The notes under the pieces: generated by a model
Database searches by the model: none
Seen by the model: the letters and a program-made list of their open reading frames with translations, nothing else
Told to the model about the DNA's origin: nothing
Source of the DNA: Candidatus Poseidoniales archaeon
GTDB lineage: Archaea; Thermoplasmatota; Poseidoniia; Poseidoniales; Poseidoniaceae
Reading direction: 5' to 3'
Length of the DNA stretch: 64,000 nucleotides
Assembly (NCBI GenBank): GCA_019651595.1
Contig: BOYQ01000003.1
Location: forward strand, 222,423 to 286,422
Program-made: the position numbers and the translations under genes
In this document: positions 30,115 through 39,982 of the stretch, one piece after another
Numbering within the stretch: the stretch's first letter is position 1
How the letters are laid out: the number at the start of each line of letters is the position of its first letter

Positions 30115-33013
30115 TTGGAAGAGTTCTGGCACAACCTCACCATCGAGGACAGTCTGGTCGCTCAGCAATCAACCGAACACGGTATCAGCGTTGATGAGGT
30201 GGTTGAGCGAAGGAAGCGATACGGTAGCAACAAGCTGAACGAACCCGAGAAAACCTCGGCCTTTCTCCGGTTTCTTCCCAGTACAACGACCCGCTGAACT
30301 ACCTGTTGATCGGTGCCGCCATCGTTGCGTTTGCTATTAATCCAGACCATCCAGGAGATGCGATTTTCATCTTTCATTGTCCTGACCGCCAACGCGTTCT
30401 TTGGATACTGGCAGGAAAACCAAGCGGAACAAGCCATGGATTCGCTTAAACAAATGTCGATCTCAAATTGTGTGGTCATCCGGGGCGATTACGAGAGCGA
30501 AGTTCCCACGTCTGAATTGGTTCCGGGTGACGTTGTTCGCTTGGAACAAGGCTTGAACGTCCCGGCAGACGTCAGGATGATTTGGTCGCAGCAATGCAAA
30601 GTGGACGAATCGGCGCTGACGGGTGAGTCCCTGACCATCCGGAAATCAACCGATGCGCTTCCTGCTGAGACCGTTTTAGCCGACCGAAACAACATGGCCT
30701 TCATGGGCACGACGATTTCCTCGGGACGCGGTTTGGGGCTGGTGGTAGCGACAGGGATGCAGACCGAACTCGGAAAAATTGCGAGCAACATCGCCGACGC
30801 ACAAACCCCGAAAACGCCGCTTGAACTCAAACTGGAGAGCCTTGGAAAATTCCTCGGGTTCATTGCCCTCATCGTGGCCATTCTTCTGGTCTCACTCAAC
30901 CTCGTGGTCTCCTACGGAAAACCTGGCGTCGACCTGAAAGAAGTGGTCGTCCAGCAGTTCATTGTCGCCATCGCCATCTTTGTAGCCATCGTGCCTGAAG
31001 GCCTGCCCATCATTTTGGTCATCACCCTTTCCTTGGGGATGCGGAACATGGCGCGCCACAAAGCCATCATTCGCCGCATGAAAGCGGTCGAAACCCTCGG
31101 GTCAACCACGGTGATTTGCTCCGATAAAACCGGGACGCTCACCAAGAACCAAATGACGGTGCGGCAAATTCAAACCCTCGATCGAACCTTTGATGTAACC
31201 GGTGAAGGATTTGAGCCCAACGGTGCATTGGTCCGCAACGGAGTGGAACTTACGGATGCCGACCTTCAAAGCCGCCAAGCGGATTTGGGTTTCCGATTGC
31301 TGGGCGCATGTCTCTCGCTTTGCCACAATTCAAACATCGTGAAATCCGAAGGACACTGGCAGGCCATCGGCGATCCAACGGATTCCGCTTGTGCCGTTGC
31401 AGGCTGGAAAATCAACGGCGATGTCAAGAAATTCTCGCACCGCCATCCACGGTTGAATGAGTTCTTTTTTGATTCCGTGCGGAAAAGGATGAGCGTCGTT
31501 CACGAATACGAAGGTGAACGCTGGATCTTCGCCAAAGGGAGCGCAGGAGGGTTCCGAGACATCGCGACCACCAAAATTGTCGACAACGAATACGTACCAC
31601 TCTCGGACGATGACCGCGCTCAAATTTCAGCCATGAACGATGACATGGGTTCGCAAGCCATGCGCGTCATTGCCCTTCTGGCTCGAAAAGTGAACGCCGA
31701 TGAGGACATCGACGACATTGATTCCGTTGAATCAGATTTGGTGTTCTTGGGGCTCATCGGTATCATGGACCCACCTCGTCCTGAGGTCAAGGCTGCGATT
31801 GAGACTTGCCTGCGTGCGGGCATCAAGGTGAAAATGATCACCGGTGATCAGCAGATGACGGCCGCCGCCATCGGTGCTGAATTAAACATCACGTCCGCTT
31901 CGGGCGCATCCTTGGACGGGAAAGAACTCGCATCACTGAGCGATGAAGAACTCATGGAGGCTTCAGGGGAAGTCGCCATTTACTCCCGCGTGACACCCGA
32001 CCAGAAGATGAGAATCGTTTCATCGCTGCAGGAACAAGGGGAAATCGTCGCCATGACGGGGGACGGTGTCAACGATGCGCCTGCGCTTTCGGGCGCCAAC
32101 ATTGGCATCGCCATGGGCATTGCTGGCACGGACGTTGCCAAGGATGCCGCTGACATGGTGTTGCAGGACGATAACTTTGCCAACATTGTCCACGCCGTGG
32201 AAGAAGGACGGAAGATCTACCAAAACATTCGCAACTTTGTCCGCTATCAGGTGTCGACCAACGTCGCAGCCGTTTCCTTGTTGGTGCTCGCAACCTTGTT
32301 TTTCGGGCCCGAGGCTTTGCCGCTCACGGCCACGCAGATTCTGGTGATCAACATCCTGATGGACGGGCCCCCTGCAGTCGCGCTCGGTGTCGAGAAAAAA
32401 CACGGGAGCGTCATGGACCGGCCGCCGCGTCCGGTGGACGAAGGTCTCCCCAACGGCCGAGACATTTCCCTGATCTTTTACTTGGGCGCTGTGATGGTCG
32501 TGGGATCGCTGATGGTCTTCTGGCTGGCAGGCGGGAGCTTAGCCGGTGCTGAACCCTGCACGTTGCGCACCACCGAAACCAGTACAACGGCATTTGACAT
32601 GGAGGCGTGTCTCGCTGGCGAACAAGCCGCCATCGATGACTGGCAATCCATACGCCGACGGCCACTTCCAGCACGCCCAAACCATGACGTTCGCTGTGTT
32701 CATCGTGTACCAGTTGTTCAATGTCATGAACTGCAGATCCAACGAGGAAAGCGTGTTTGAATTGGGCTTGTTCTCGAACCCCGCCATCAATTACGCCTTG
32801 CTCATTTCATCGGGTCTCTTGTTGTTCTTTGTTCAACTTGCAGAGGTATCGATTCCGGTGCTGGGCATTGAAATCGGTTCCCTCTTGCGGACCAATCCAT
32901 TGACTCAGAACGACTGGACGGTGGTTGTCCTGATCGCATCGAGCGTGTTTATCATTGAAGAGTTCCGGAAACTCATCGTCAAATCACGCATCTTTGCTGT
33001 TCGGCGGCGTTGA
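30115..33013 (+). CDS. P2A-type cation (Ca2+/Mn2+) P-type ATPase (indels ~30280-30320, ~32650)
   Basis: YGSNKL, TGES, PEGLP, CSDKTGTLT, DPPR, TGD, GDGVNDAPAL, INILMDGPPA. Confidence 0.93.
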
Positions 33014-33058
33014 CGGTGTTAAGCACATCTTCTTGAGGTGAGCAGACCCCGCACCAAC

Positions 33059-34270
33059 ATGCAGGCCACCGTATACCCTGCGCCGCTCGCGGGTGAACAC
33101 CACGATTGGCTTGACCGTCTTCACAGCGAGCTCGGTCTTCATGTCTGGTCGCCAGCCATGGCCCCCATTGCAGGCAAACTCGGGAAGAACGTACCGCTAA
33201 GCGTTGAAGACGGGTTGGTCCTGTATCATCACCCCGACCTCCATGAAGTGGGTGCCTTGGCCAACATCGTGAGAAAGGCGAGATTTGGCCTCAAGACGTT
33301 CTTCAATTCCAACGTGCACATCAACCAAACCAACATCTGCGTCCTGGCCTGCCGCTTCTGTGCGTTTCGTCGGGGGCCCAAGGCACACGACGCATACGCC
33401 ATGTCCGTGGATGAATACGTCGCTGACTTGAGTCGATACGCCCACGCGGTGGACGAAGTTCACTCCGTGGGTGGACTGCATCCAGACTGGGGCATCGAGC
33501 ACTACGAGGCACTGTTTGCTCGAGTCACCAACGAACACCCGCACGTGTCCATCAAAGCCCTGACGGCCGTAGAGATCAAACACCTCTCGCAGCGTTCATC
33601 CATTCCGACCAAAGAAGTGCTTCGTCGCCTCAAAAACGCCGGCCTGACCTCGCTTCCAGGTGGTGGTGCAGAAATCCTTGATGACGATGTTCGCGCCGTT
33701 ATCTGCAACGGCAAGGAAAGTTCTGCTGAATACCTTCAGATTCACCGTGAGGCTCATGAAGTTGGGCTGCCATCGAACTGTACGATGTTGTTTGGAACGA
33801 TTGAATCTCTCGAACAACGCCTTCAGCACATGGTCTTGCTGCGCGAACTCAATGAACAAACCCGCGGCTTTCAGTGCTTTGTCCCGTATCCGTTCCTTCC
33901 TGACTCCACCCGCCTTCCAGAGGCTCAGCTGGCCAGTGGCACCGAGGTCCTCCGGACCGTGGCTGTTTCAAGGCTGATGCTCAACAACATTCCACACATC
34001 AAAGCCTATCGAATGAACATCGGTGACCATCTTGCGGAATTGGCCCTGCAGTACGGAGCCGATGACATCGATGGGACCGTACAAAAAGAATCCATCATGC
34101 ACCTTGCCGGTTCAACAGCACCGCTGGACCACGACCGATCAAAACTGGCTCGTCTCATCACCGACGCAGGGTGCGAGCCCGTTCAGAGAAACACGGTGTA
34201 CAGCAACTTTGAACCTTACACGCCTCCTGAGGTCAAGCCAAAACGTCGCCTTCAGATGGCGTCCGAATGA
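33059..34270 (+). CDS. mqnE: Aminofutalosine synthase (radical SAM)
   Basis: FFNSNVHINQTNICVLACRFCAF, PGGGAEI, PHIKAY (MqnE-type rather than MqnC); adjacent mqnA/mqnD. Confidence 0.85.
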   Translation: MQATVYPAPLAGEHHDWLDRLHSELGLHVWSPAMAPIAGKLGKNVPLSVEDGLVLYHHPDLHEVGALANIVRKARFGLKTFFNSNVHINQTNICVLACRFCAFRRGPKAHDAYAMSVDEYVADLSRYAHAVDEVHSVGGLHPDWGIEHYEALFARVTNEHPHVSIKALTAVEIKHLSQRSSIPTKEVLRRLKNAGLTSLPGGGAEILDDDVRAVICNGKESSAEYLQIHREAHEVGLPSNCTMLFGTIESLEQRLQHMVLLRELNEQTRGFQCFVPYPFLPDSTRLPEAQLASGTEVLRTVAVSRLMLNNIPHIKAYRMNIGDHLAELALQYGADDIDGTVQKESIMHLAGSTAPLDHDRSKLARLITDAGCEPVQRNTVYSNFEPYTPPEVKPKRRLQMASE

Positions 34271-34279
34271 GGAAGGACC

Positions 34280-35092
34280 ATGGAGAGGACGTGGACCTCG
34301 ACCTTGGGCAGGGTGGCCTTCATCAATTGCGACCCGCTCTATCACGACATCTCATCCGACTGGAACATTTTGGCAGCGCCTCCATCATGGTTGACCGGCC
34401 ACGTGCTACGACGCGACTGCATCCTCGCACCCATTCCTGCGGCCGATTACGCCAAGCATGAATCAGATTTGGTGCTCCTGCCTGACATTGGCATTGGTAG
34501 TCAAGGTGAGGTTGGCAGCGTGTTGTTGTTCGGTGCCGTACCGATTGAATCGATGAAGACGATTGCTCTGCCCAGCGATTCTGCGACGTCCGTCGCTTTG
34601 CTGAAGCATCTCTTGGCGAAGAGGGGCCACGACATGAACTACGTCTCCACGGGCCCCGACTACGACTCCATGATGGCCATGGCAGACGGTGCCCTGCTCA
34701 TCGGTGATCGTGCCCTCGATGCGGCAAGGGAATTCCCCGAGATGGTACAGATGGATTTGGGCACGGCTTGGATGGAGGAAGAGGGACTCCCCATGATTTT
34801 TGGTGTGTTTGTCGCCCGACGAGACACGCCCACGGCGTTGGTTCAACGAGCGCATGCAGCCCTGCTGGCGAACCTGGTCCAGTTTGAAACCGACCAAACA
34901 AAACGGGAGCGCGTCATTGAATGGTCCATGGAAAAGTCAGGCCTCACCCATGAGCGACTCGACCAGTACTACGGAGAAGTCTTCAACCGATTGAACGCTC
35001 ACCATCTCAACGGACTCTTTCGCTTTCTTGAACAGGCATGTGGAATGGAGAACGAACCTCAATTTGCGTGGCTGGCAGATGCCGTTGTATAA
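34280..35092 (+). CDS. mqnA: Chorismate dehydratase
   Basis: GRVAFINCDPL, VGSVLL, SATSVAL, LLIGDRAL, DLG..W..GLPMIFGVF. Confidence 0.88.
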   Translation: MERTWTSTLGRVAFINCDPLYHDISSDWNILAAPPSWLTGHVLRRDCILAPIPAADYAKHESDLVLLPDIGIGSQGEVGSVLLFGAVPIESMKTIALPSDSATSVALLKHLLAKRGHDMNYVSTGPDYDSMMAMADGALLIGDRALDAAREFPEMVQMDLGTAWMEEEGLPMIFGVFVARRDTPTALVQRAHAALLANLVQFETDQTKRERVIEWSMEKSGLTHERLDQYYGEVFNRLNAHHLNGLFRFLEQACGMENEPQFAWLADAVV

Positions 35093-35137
35093 GAAATTCA
35101 ACGGATGGTTCATGAAGGGCGTGCAGGTGGCTGAATC

Positions 35138-36016
35138 ATGACTGAACTTCCGGTGGACGAAGACGGAAATAAAATCGTAAGAATCGGTCATAGCCCGGAC
35201 CCCGATGATGCGTTCATGTTCCACGCCATGACCACCAACGCCTTCCCAACGCCCGGGTACAATTTTGTTCACGAACTCCAGGACATCGAAACACTCAACC
35301 ATCGAGCCATGAATCAAGACCTCGAAGTTTCGGCGGTCTCCATTCATGCCTACCCCGACATCGCCGAGCATTACGCTTTGATGAATTGCGGTGCATCCAT
35401 GGGCGAAGGCTACGGCCCCATGATCGTCTGCAAAGCCGGTGTCTCGGAAGCCGACGCACGAAGCAACACCATCGCCGTTCCCGGATTGAAAACCAGCGCT
35501 TACCTCGGCTTGCGCCTCGCTTGGGGCGATTGTGATGTAGCTGTGGTACCCTTTGACGAAATCATACCTCGCATTCTCGACGGCACGTACCTCAGCGGTC
35601 TGATCATCCACGAAGGTCAGTTGACGTACGTTGACCATGACCTTGACGTGCTCATCGACCTCGGGAAGTGGTGGAACGCACGGACAAACAACTGGCCCAT
35701 GCCCTTGGGCGGAAACGTTGTGCGTCGTGATTTGGGAGAAGACGTCATGCAAGACATCACCAAGTACACCAAGATGAGCATCGAATACGCGCTCGCCTCT
35801 CCCGACGAGGCCCTTGAGTTTGCCAAGGCATGGGGCCGAGGTATTGACGACGAAACCAACCGAGAATTCGTCGGCATGTACGTGAACGACCGGACCATCG
35901 ACTACAAAGAAGAAGGCCGTGCTTCCATTCGACAGTTCATCAAAGAAGGCCAAACCATCGGAATGATTCGGGACGATTTTGACACGGCAACGATGCGATT
36001 CATTGGAGAACCATGA
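35138..36016 (+). CDS. mqnD: 1,4-dihydroxy-6-naphthoate synthase
   Basis: GHSPDPDDAFMF, DIETLN, SMGEGYGP, IIHEGQLTY, PLGGN, MYVN. Confidence 0.93.
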   Translation: MTELPVDEDGNKIVRIGHSPDPDDAFMFHAMTTNAFPTPGYNFVHELQDIETLNHRAMNQDLEVSAVSIHAYPDIAEHYALMNCGASMGEGYGPMIVCKAGVSEADARSNTIAVPGLKTSAYLGLRLAWGDCDVAVVPFDEIIPRILDGTYLSGLIIHEGQLTYVDHDLDVLIDLGKWWNARTNNWPMPLGGNVVRRDLGEDVMQDITKYTKMSIEYALASPDEALEFAKAWGRGIDDETNREFVGMYVNDRTIDYKEEGRASIRQFIKEGQTIGMIRDDFDTATMRFIGEP

Positions 36017-36025
36017 GGGAGCGCA

Positions 36026-36514
36026 ATGGAAGCCGAAGGCCGCATACCAAAGGTGAGCCAATACGGCTCGGTCGACCCGGCCCCTCCTGCGCAAGAGGCG
36101 TTGGTCGCCGAACTCACCGCTCGCTTGTGCGATGAAGACGAACCCATGTTTCAACGGATGCGGGCCGTGTTCGCTCTGCGCAACCTTCGCACCGATGAAG
36201 CGTGCCTGGCGCTGTGCCAAGGGTTCGCAAGTTCGAGCGCGCTCCTCCGCCACGAAATCGCCTACGTTTTGGGACAGATGCAAAACACGGCAGCGCTGCC
36301 AACACTGATTCAACGCCTTGAGGACGATGAAGAGCACGTCATGGTCCGTCACGAAGCCGCTGAAGCCATGGGCGCCATTGGCGACCGGTCCGTGATTCCA
36401 TCGCTGGAAAAATACAGCCAAGATTCCCAACCTGAAGTGGCTGAATCTTGCATTGTTGCATTGGATCTATTGGCTTGGGTCGCTGGAGCCGAATTCCATG
36501 AGACCGAGTGTTGA
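36026..36514 (+). CDS. HEAT-repeat protein, half-size deoxyhypusine hydroxylase-like
   Basis: YGSVDPAPP, RMRAVFALRN, SALLRHEIAYVLGQMQ, MVRHEAAEAMGAI, VAESCIVALD. Confidence 0.85.
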   Translation: MEAEGRIPKVSQYGSVDPAPPAQEALVAELTARLCDEDEPMFQRMRAVFALRNLRTDEACLALCQGFASSSALLRHEIAYVLGQMQNTAALPTLIQRLEDDEEHVMVRHEAAEAMGAIGDRSVIPSLEKYSQDSQPEVAESCIVALDLLAWVAGAEFHETEC

Positions 36515-36567
36515 GCTACCTCAAGTTCAAAGACTGGACCACCTACCGCCCAACAGGAAGGACGCAC

Positions 36568-36777
36568 ATGCCTCACGACCATATCCAACTGGCCCAAGCC
36601 CCCAACGGTGAACTCGGGCCCCGATGCCACCACTGCGGCATGCGCCTCACGTTCGGCAACGCCATGGTCGTCGACAAGTACTACATGTGTTGGGAGCACT
36701 ACGTCGAAGCCACCGGTGCGGACACGGCAACGGAAGTTTCAGACGCCGATGAGCGTTTCTGGATGAAGCAGGACTGA
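36568..36777 (+). CDS. Small Zn-finger protein (C-x2-C-x17-C-x2-H)
   Basis: CHHCGMRL...YYMCWEHY; fills the gap before priS. Confidence 0.7.
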   Translation: MPHDHIQLAQAPNGELGPRCHHCGMRLTFGNAMVVDKYYMCWEHYVEATGADTATEVSDADERFWMKQD

Positions 36778-36828
36778 AACGGCTTTCTTCAAGAACCCTC
36801 AACCGCTGGTGTTGATTGAGGGCGAACC

Positions 36829-38028
36829 ATGGCAACTGGCTGGGCGAGGTTTGCACATCGGTTTGGCCAATACTATCAACACGCTACGCTTTGGTCGCCT
36901 CCACGCATCAAAACACGCGAATGGATGTTCATCCCGTTCGGGGGGGCGCCTCCCCTTCGACACAAATCGTTCTCCGGGATCGGTCAAGTGCAATCTTTTC
37001 TTGCCCAGCGAGCCATGCATTCCTGCTTTTACTCAACGGCTTACTGGCGCCGCCCTTACGAATTGAAAATGGCCGATAAGTTGTGGCAGGGCGCAGATTT
37101 GATCTTTGACCTTGATGGCGACCACCTGCCGGGTGTCACCGACCGGGATTTTCCCGGTATGCTGTCCGTGATTCAGGATCAGGCATGGGCTCTGTGGAAC
37201 GATTTCCTCGAGCCCGAGTTTGGATTCAATGAGGACCATCTTCAGGTCACCTTTTCCGGGCACCGCGGCTTCCATCTTCACTATCGTGACCCCTCCCTGT
37301 TTCATTTGGATTCCGAAGCCCGCCGCGAACTTGTCTCGCACATTCGCGGCGAAGGCGTTGACGTGCAAGGTGGTCTTGCAAGGTACCACGACCAGCACGC
37401 CAAAGGTTGGACTCAACGTATCCGCGAGGGCATGGACGCCATGATTCTCACCCTTCGTGATATTCATCGTGGCGTCGAAGGAAGCGCTGGAGAACTCCGT
37501 CGATTGGAAACCGAACTTCAGGCCATGCAAGACCGAGAGGGTGCGACCTCTCAGCGTTCGGCAGCGGCCATTCGACGTCTTGCTGAATTGATGGACCACG
37601 ATTCCCGAGTCGCCCGTCTCAAAGAGGGAAAATTCGAACTCCTTGGAAACTACCAGGCGTTGTTTTTGAATTTGCTCAAAGCTGACGCATCGGTGGTGTT
37701 GGGTTCGGCAGGAGAGACGGACGAAGTGGTTACCATTGACACGCGACGCCAGATTCGTTGGCCGACCTCCCTCCATGGCAAATCCGGGATGCGCGTCAGC
37801 GAATTTCCACTCGCTCGGTTGGACCCTGACGGTTCGAATCCTTACAATCCATTGAACGAAGCCTTTGTGCTCGGGCTTGATGACTCGATCGAGGTCGAAT
37901 GGTTGGTTGATGATGCCGTTGCCCAGTTCGGTGACCGTCGGTTGGAAAGCGCCACAGGCAAGCGAATTCAAGTCCACGAATCCGGCGCGACCTTCTTGGT
38001 CCTGAAGGGCTGGGCGACGATGGTGTGA
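36829..38028 (+). CDS. priS: DNA primase catalytic subunit
   Basis: REWMF, FYSTAYW, LIFDLDGDHL, FSGHRGFH, DEVVTIDTRRQIRWPTSLHGKSG. Confidence 0.95.
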   Translation: MATGWARFAHRFGQYYQHATLWSPPRIKTREWMFIPFGGAPPLRHKSFSGIGQVQSFLAQRAMHSCFYSTAYWRRPYELKMADKLWQGADLIFDLDGDHLPGVTDRDFPGMLSVIQDQAWALWNDFLEPEFGFNEDHLQVTFSGHRGFHLHYRDPSLFHLDSEARRELVSHIRGEGVDVQGGLARYHDQHAKGWTQRIREGMDAMILTLRDIHRGVEGSAGELRRLETELQAMQDREGATSQRSAAAIRRLAELMDHDSRVARLKEGKFELLGNYQALFLNLLKADASVVLGSAGETDEVVTIDTRRQIRWPTSLHGKSGMRVSEFPLARLDPDGSNPYNPLNEAFVLGLDDSIEVEWLVDDAVAQFGDRRLESATGKRIQVHESGATFLVLKGWATMV

Positions 38029-38114
38029 GGCAGGATGGTCGAACGGACAACCCGTGAATTTCAGGACCAAAGTGCGGTAAGGTTCAAGGGTGGTTTCCCA
38101 TCCCTTGGGACGAG

Positions 38115-39122
38115 GTGAGTCCGTTGGGTCTGCGCAGAGGAAAGAAATCCAAGAAGTCGGATGCCTCGCTCCCCCTGCCCGATTTGCCACCACCTGGTGG
38201 TCTTCCTGCCCCGTTGCCCTTGCCACCGGGCGGACCAGCCCTCCCTCCTCTTCCCGGTGCACCAACGCCCGCTGAAGCGCCCGTTCCCGCCCCACTGCCT
38301 GCTCCTCTCCCCGTCCCTGAGGCCACCCCTGCAGCCAACGTCGCACCTCTGCCCCTCCCCACCAACGATCCCGGCACCACGCTGTCGGGCATCACGGAAG
38401 AGAAGGGGTACAACGAACTCTGGGCGAAGCGCTCCGAAAAACCACTGCAGCAGATCTACGGGCACATTGATCGAATCAGCAACAAAGAAGCCGGCTCCCT
38501 CCTCGATCGTTACGCTGACCGCTTCGGCCATTCGCTTGATCGTGAAATCATTGTGATGAGAAAAGCGGCCGTTGAGGAAAAAGTGGCTGAAATCCGAGAC
38601 GCTCCCACCGTTGAACTCATCGATGACGAGCCGACCGAGCCCGTGAGTGAACTCCAGCAAGTCGAAGACGAACTGCGGGCGCTCAAACCGCTTTACCAAG
38701 AAGCGAAATCGCTGGGCGACAAGGAAACGCTCGCCGAACTGACACCCACTCTCCAAGCCTTGATGGCTCGTAGGAAGGCGTTGAAGTCTGGCGATGCGCC
38801 AACCGAGGAACCGGCCGTCGCTGAAACGTCCTCAGACGAAAGCGATGACTTGTTCTCCACGTTCGTGGGCATTGTCGACACCTTGCTGGGCGACCACCTG
38901 CCAGAATCCATCGTCAACGACTTCGTGGCTAGCGAGGACTTTGAAACGTACAGAGAAGTCTTGGGTTCGCCCGAAACAACCGATGAAGAGACGCGAGGGG
39001 CGTTTTACCGTATGGTGGACGACCAACTGGGCAACATGTCGTCGGAATCCATTTCTGCTTTTGTCGAATCAGCAGATTTCGACATCTACCGGGAAATCGG
39101 AGAGCGCTACAAGGATGAGTGA
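38115..39122 (+). CDS. Hypothetical protein: Pro-rich N-terminus, coiled coil, duplicated acidic C-terminal motif
   Basis: 335-aa ORF, GAGGTGA at the start, genome-like codon usage. Confidence 0.75.
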   Translation: MSPLGLRRGKKSKKSDASLPLPDLPPPGGLPAPLPLPPGGPALPPLPGAPTPAEAPVPAPLPAPLPVPEATPAANVAPLPLPTNDPGTTLSGITEEKGYNELWAKRSEKPLQQIYGHIDRISNKEAGSLLDRYADRFGHSLDREIIVMRKAAVEEKVAEIRDAPTVELIDDEPTEPVSELQQVEDELRALKPLYQEAKSLGDKETLAELTPTLQALMARRKALKSGDAPTEEPAVAETSSDESDDLFSTFVGIVDTLLGDHLPESIVNDFVASEDFETYREVLGSPETTDEETRGAFYRMVDDQLGNMSSESISAFVESADFDIYREIGERYKDE

Positions 39123-39127
39123 AAATC

Positions 39128-39970
39128 ATGGGACTACTGGACAAAGCAGCCGCTTCAGGAAGCGAAGACCCAAAGCCGAAAGCCAAAGCGGTCGCCAAAG
39201 CCAAGCCGGTGGCGAAAGCCAAGGCCAAGGCGAAGCCGGTCAAGGCGCAACGAGCAGCCAAGGTCAAGAAAGAGCGTGCACCACGAGCACGACCGATGGA
39301 ACTCTCGGACGATTACGAGCTCGCCACCAAGATGAACCGCAGAATTTCCTCACTGGTCAACTTCTTCATCAACTTCGGTGTGCTGTTTGCGGCGTTGTTC
39401 ATCGCCTCGGCTGACACCAGCATTGTGACAACGATCCTGTTCGCCATCAGCGGAGGCATCATCATCCTCAATGCAATTTTCATCCCAATGAAATTCAGTC
39501 GCAACTTGGGCCAGTTCGTCTCCCGAACCAAGTACGTCCGCGGCGATGGCACCAACCCGCTGTTTCTGCACGGCATTTTGGTCAACACGGCCGGTTTGTT
39601 CTCCCTCGTGGGACTGATCATGGTTGCCACCCAATTCCAAAACCTGTCGGAGGCCGACAACACCGGGGCCATCATCTCGTTTTCTTTGGGAACCATCTTC
39701 ATCATTCTGTGGTTTGTGGACCGCTACCTGCGAAACGGTAGCGCCATGGGCCAGGGTCTCTACGATCTCGCCTTCCGCGCTTACCTCGTGAAGTACATTC
39801 CAAGTGATGACGAGAAGGCCTCGGGCATTTGGGCCCGTCTCGAAAACATGGGCAACTTCGGCGACCAGCTCGTCAAGCGCCAAGAAGAGCGCAAAGCGAA
39901 GAAGGAATCCAAGAAAGCCGAAACTGAAGATGGTGAGGCCGACGACGAGTCCGAATCGCAAGACGATTGA
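39128..39970 (+). CDS. Membrane protein (RDD-like) with Lys/Ala-rich N-terminus
   Basis: LATKMNRRISSLVNFFI, ~4 TM segments, GQGLYDLAFRAYLV. Confidence 0.7.
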   Translation: MGLLDKAAASGSEDPKPKAKAVAKAKPVAKAKAKAKPVKAQRAAKVKKERAPRARPMELSDDYELATKMNRRISSLVNFFINFGVLFAALFIASADTSIVTTILFAISGGIIILNAIFIPMKFSRNLGQFVSRTKYVRGDGTNPLFLHGILVNTAGLFSLVGLIMVATQFQNLSEADNTGAIISFSLGTIFIILWFVDRYLRNGSAMGQGLYDLAFRAYLVKYIPSDDEKASGIWARLENMGNFGDQLVKRQEERKAKKESKKAETEDGEADDESESQDD

Positions 39971-39982
39971 CCACCGAGTTGA

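Noticed and set aside
37033-38346. Long antisense ORFs (e.g. 37033-38346, 34937-36430, 42230-43369, 14091-15137)
   Set aside because: Shadows of well-supported opposite-strand genes, expected at high GC.
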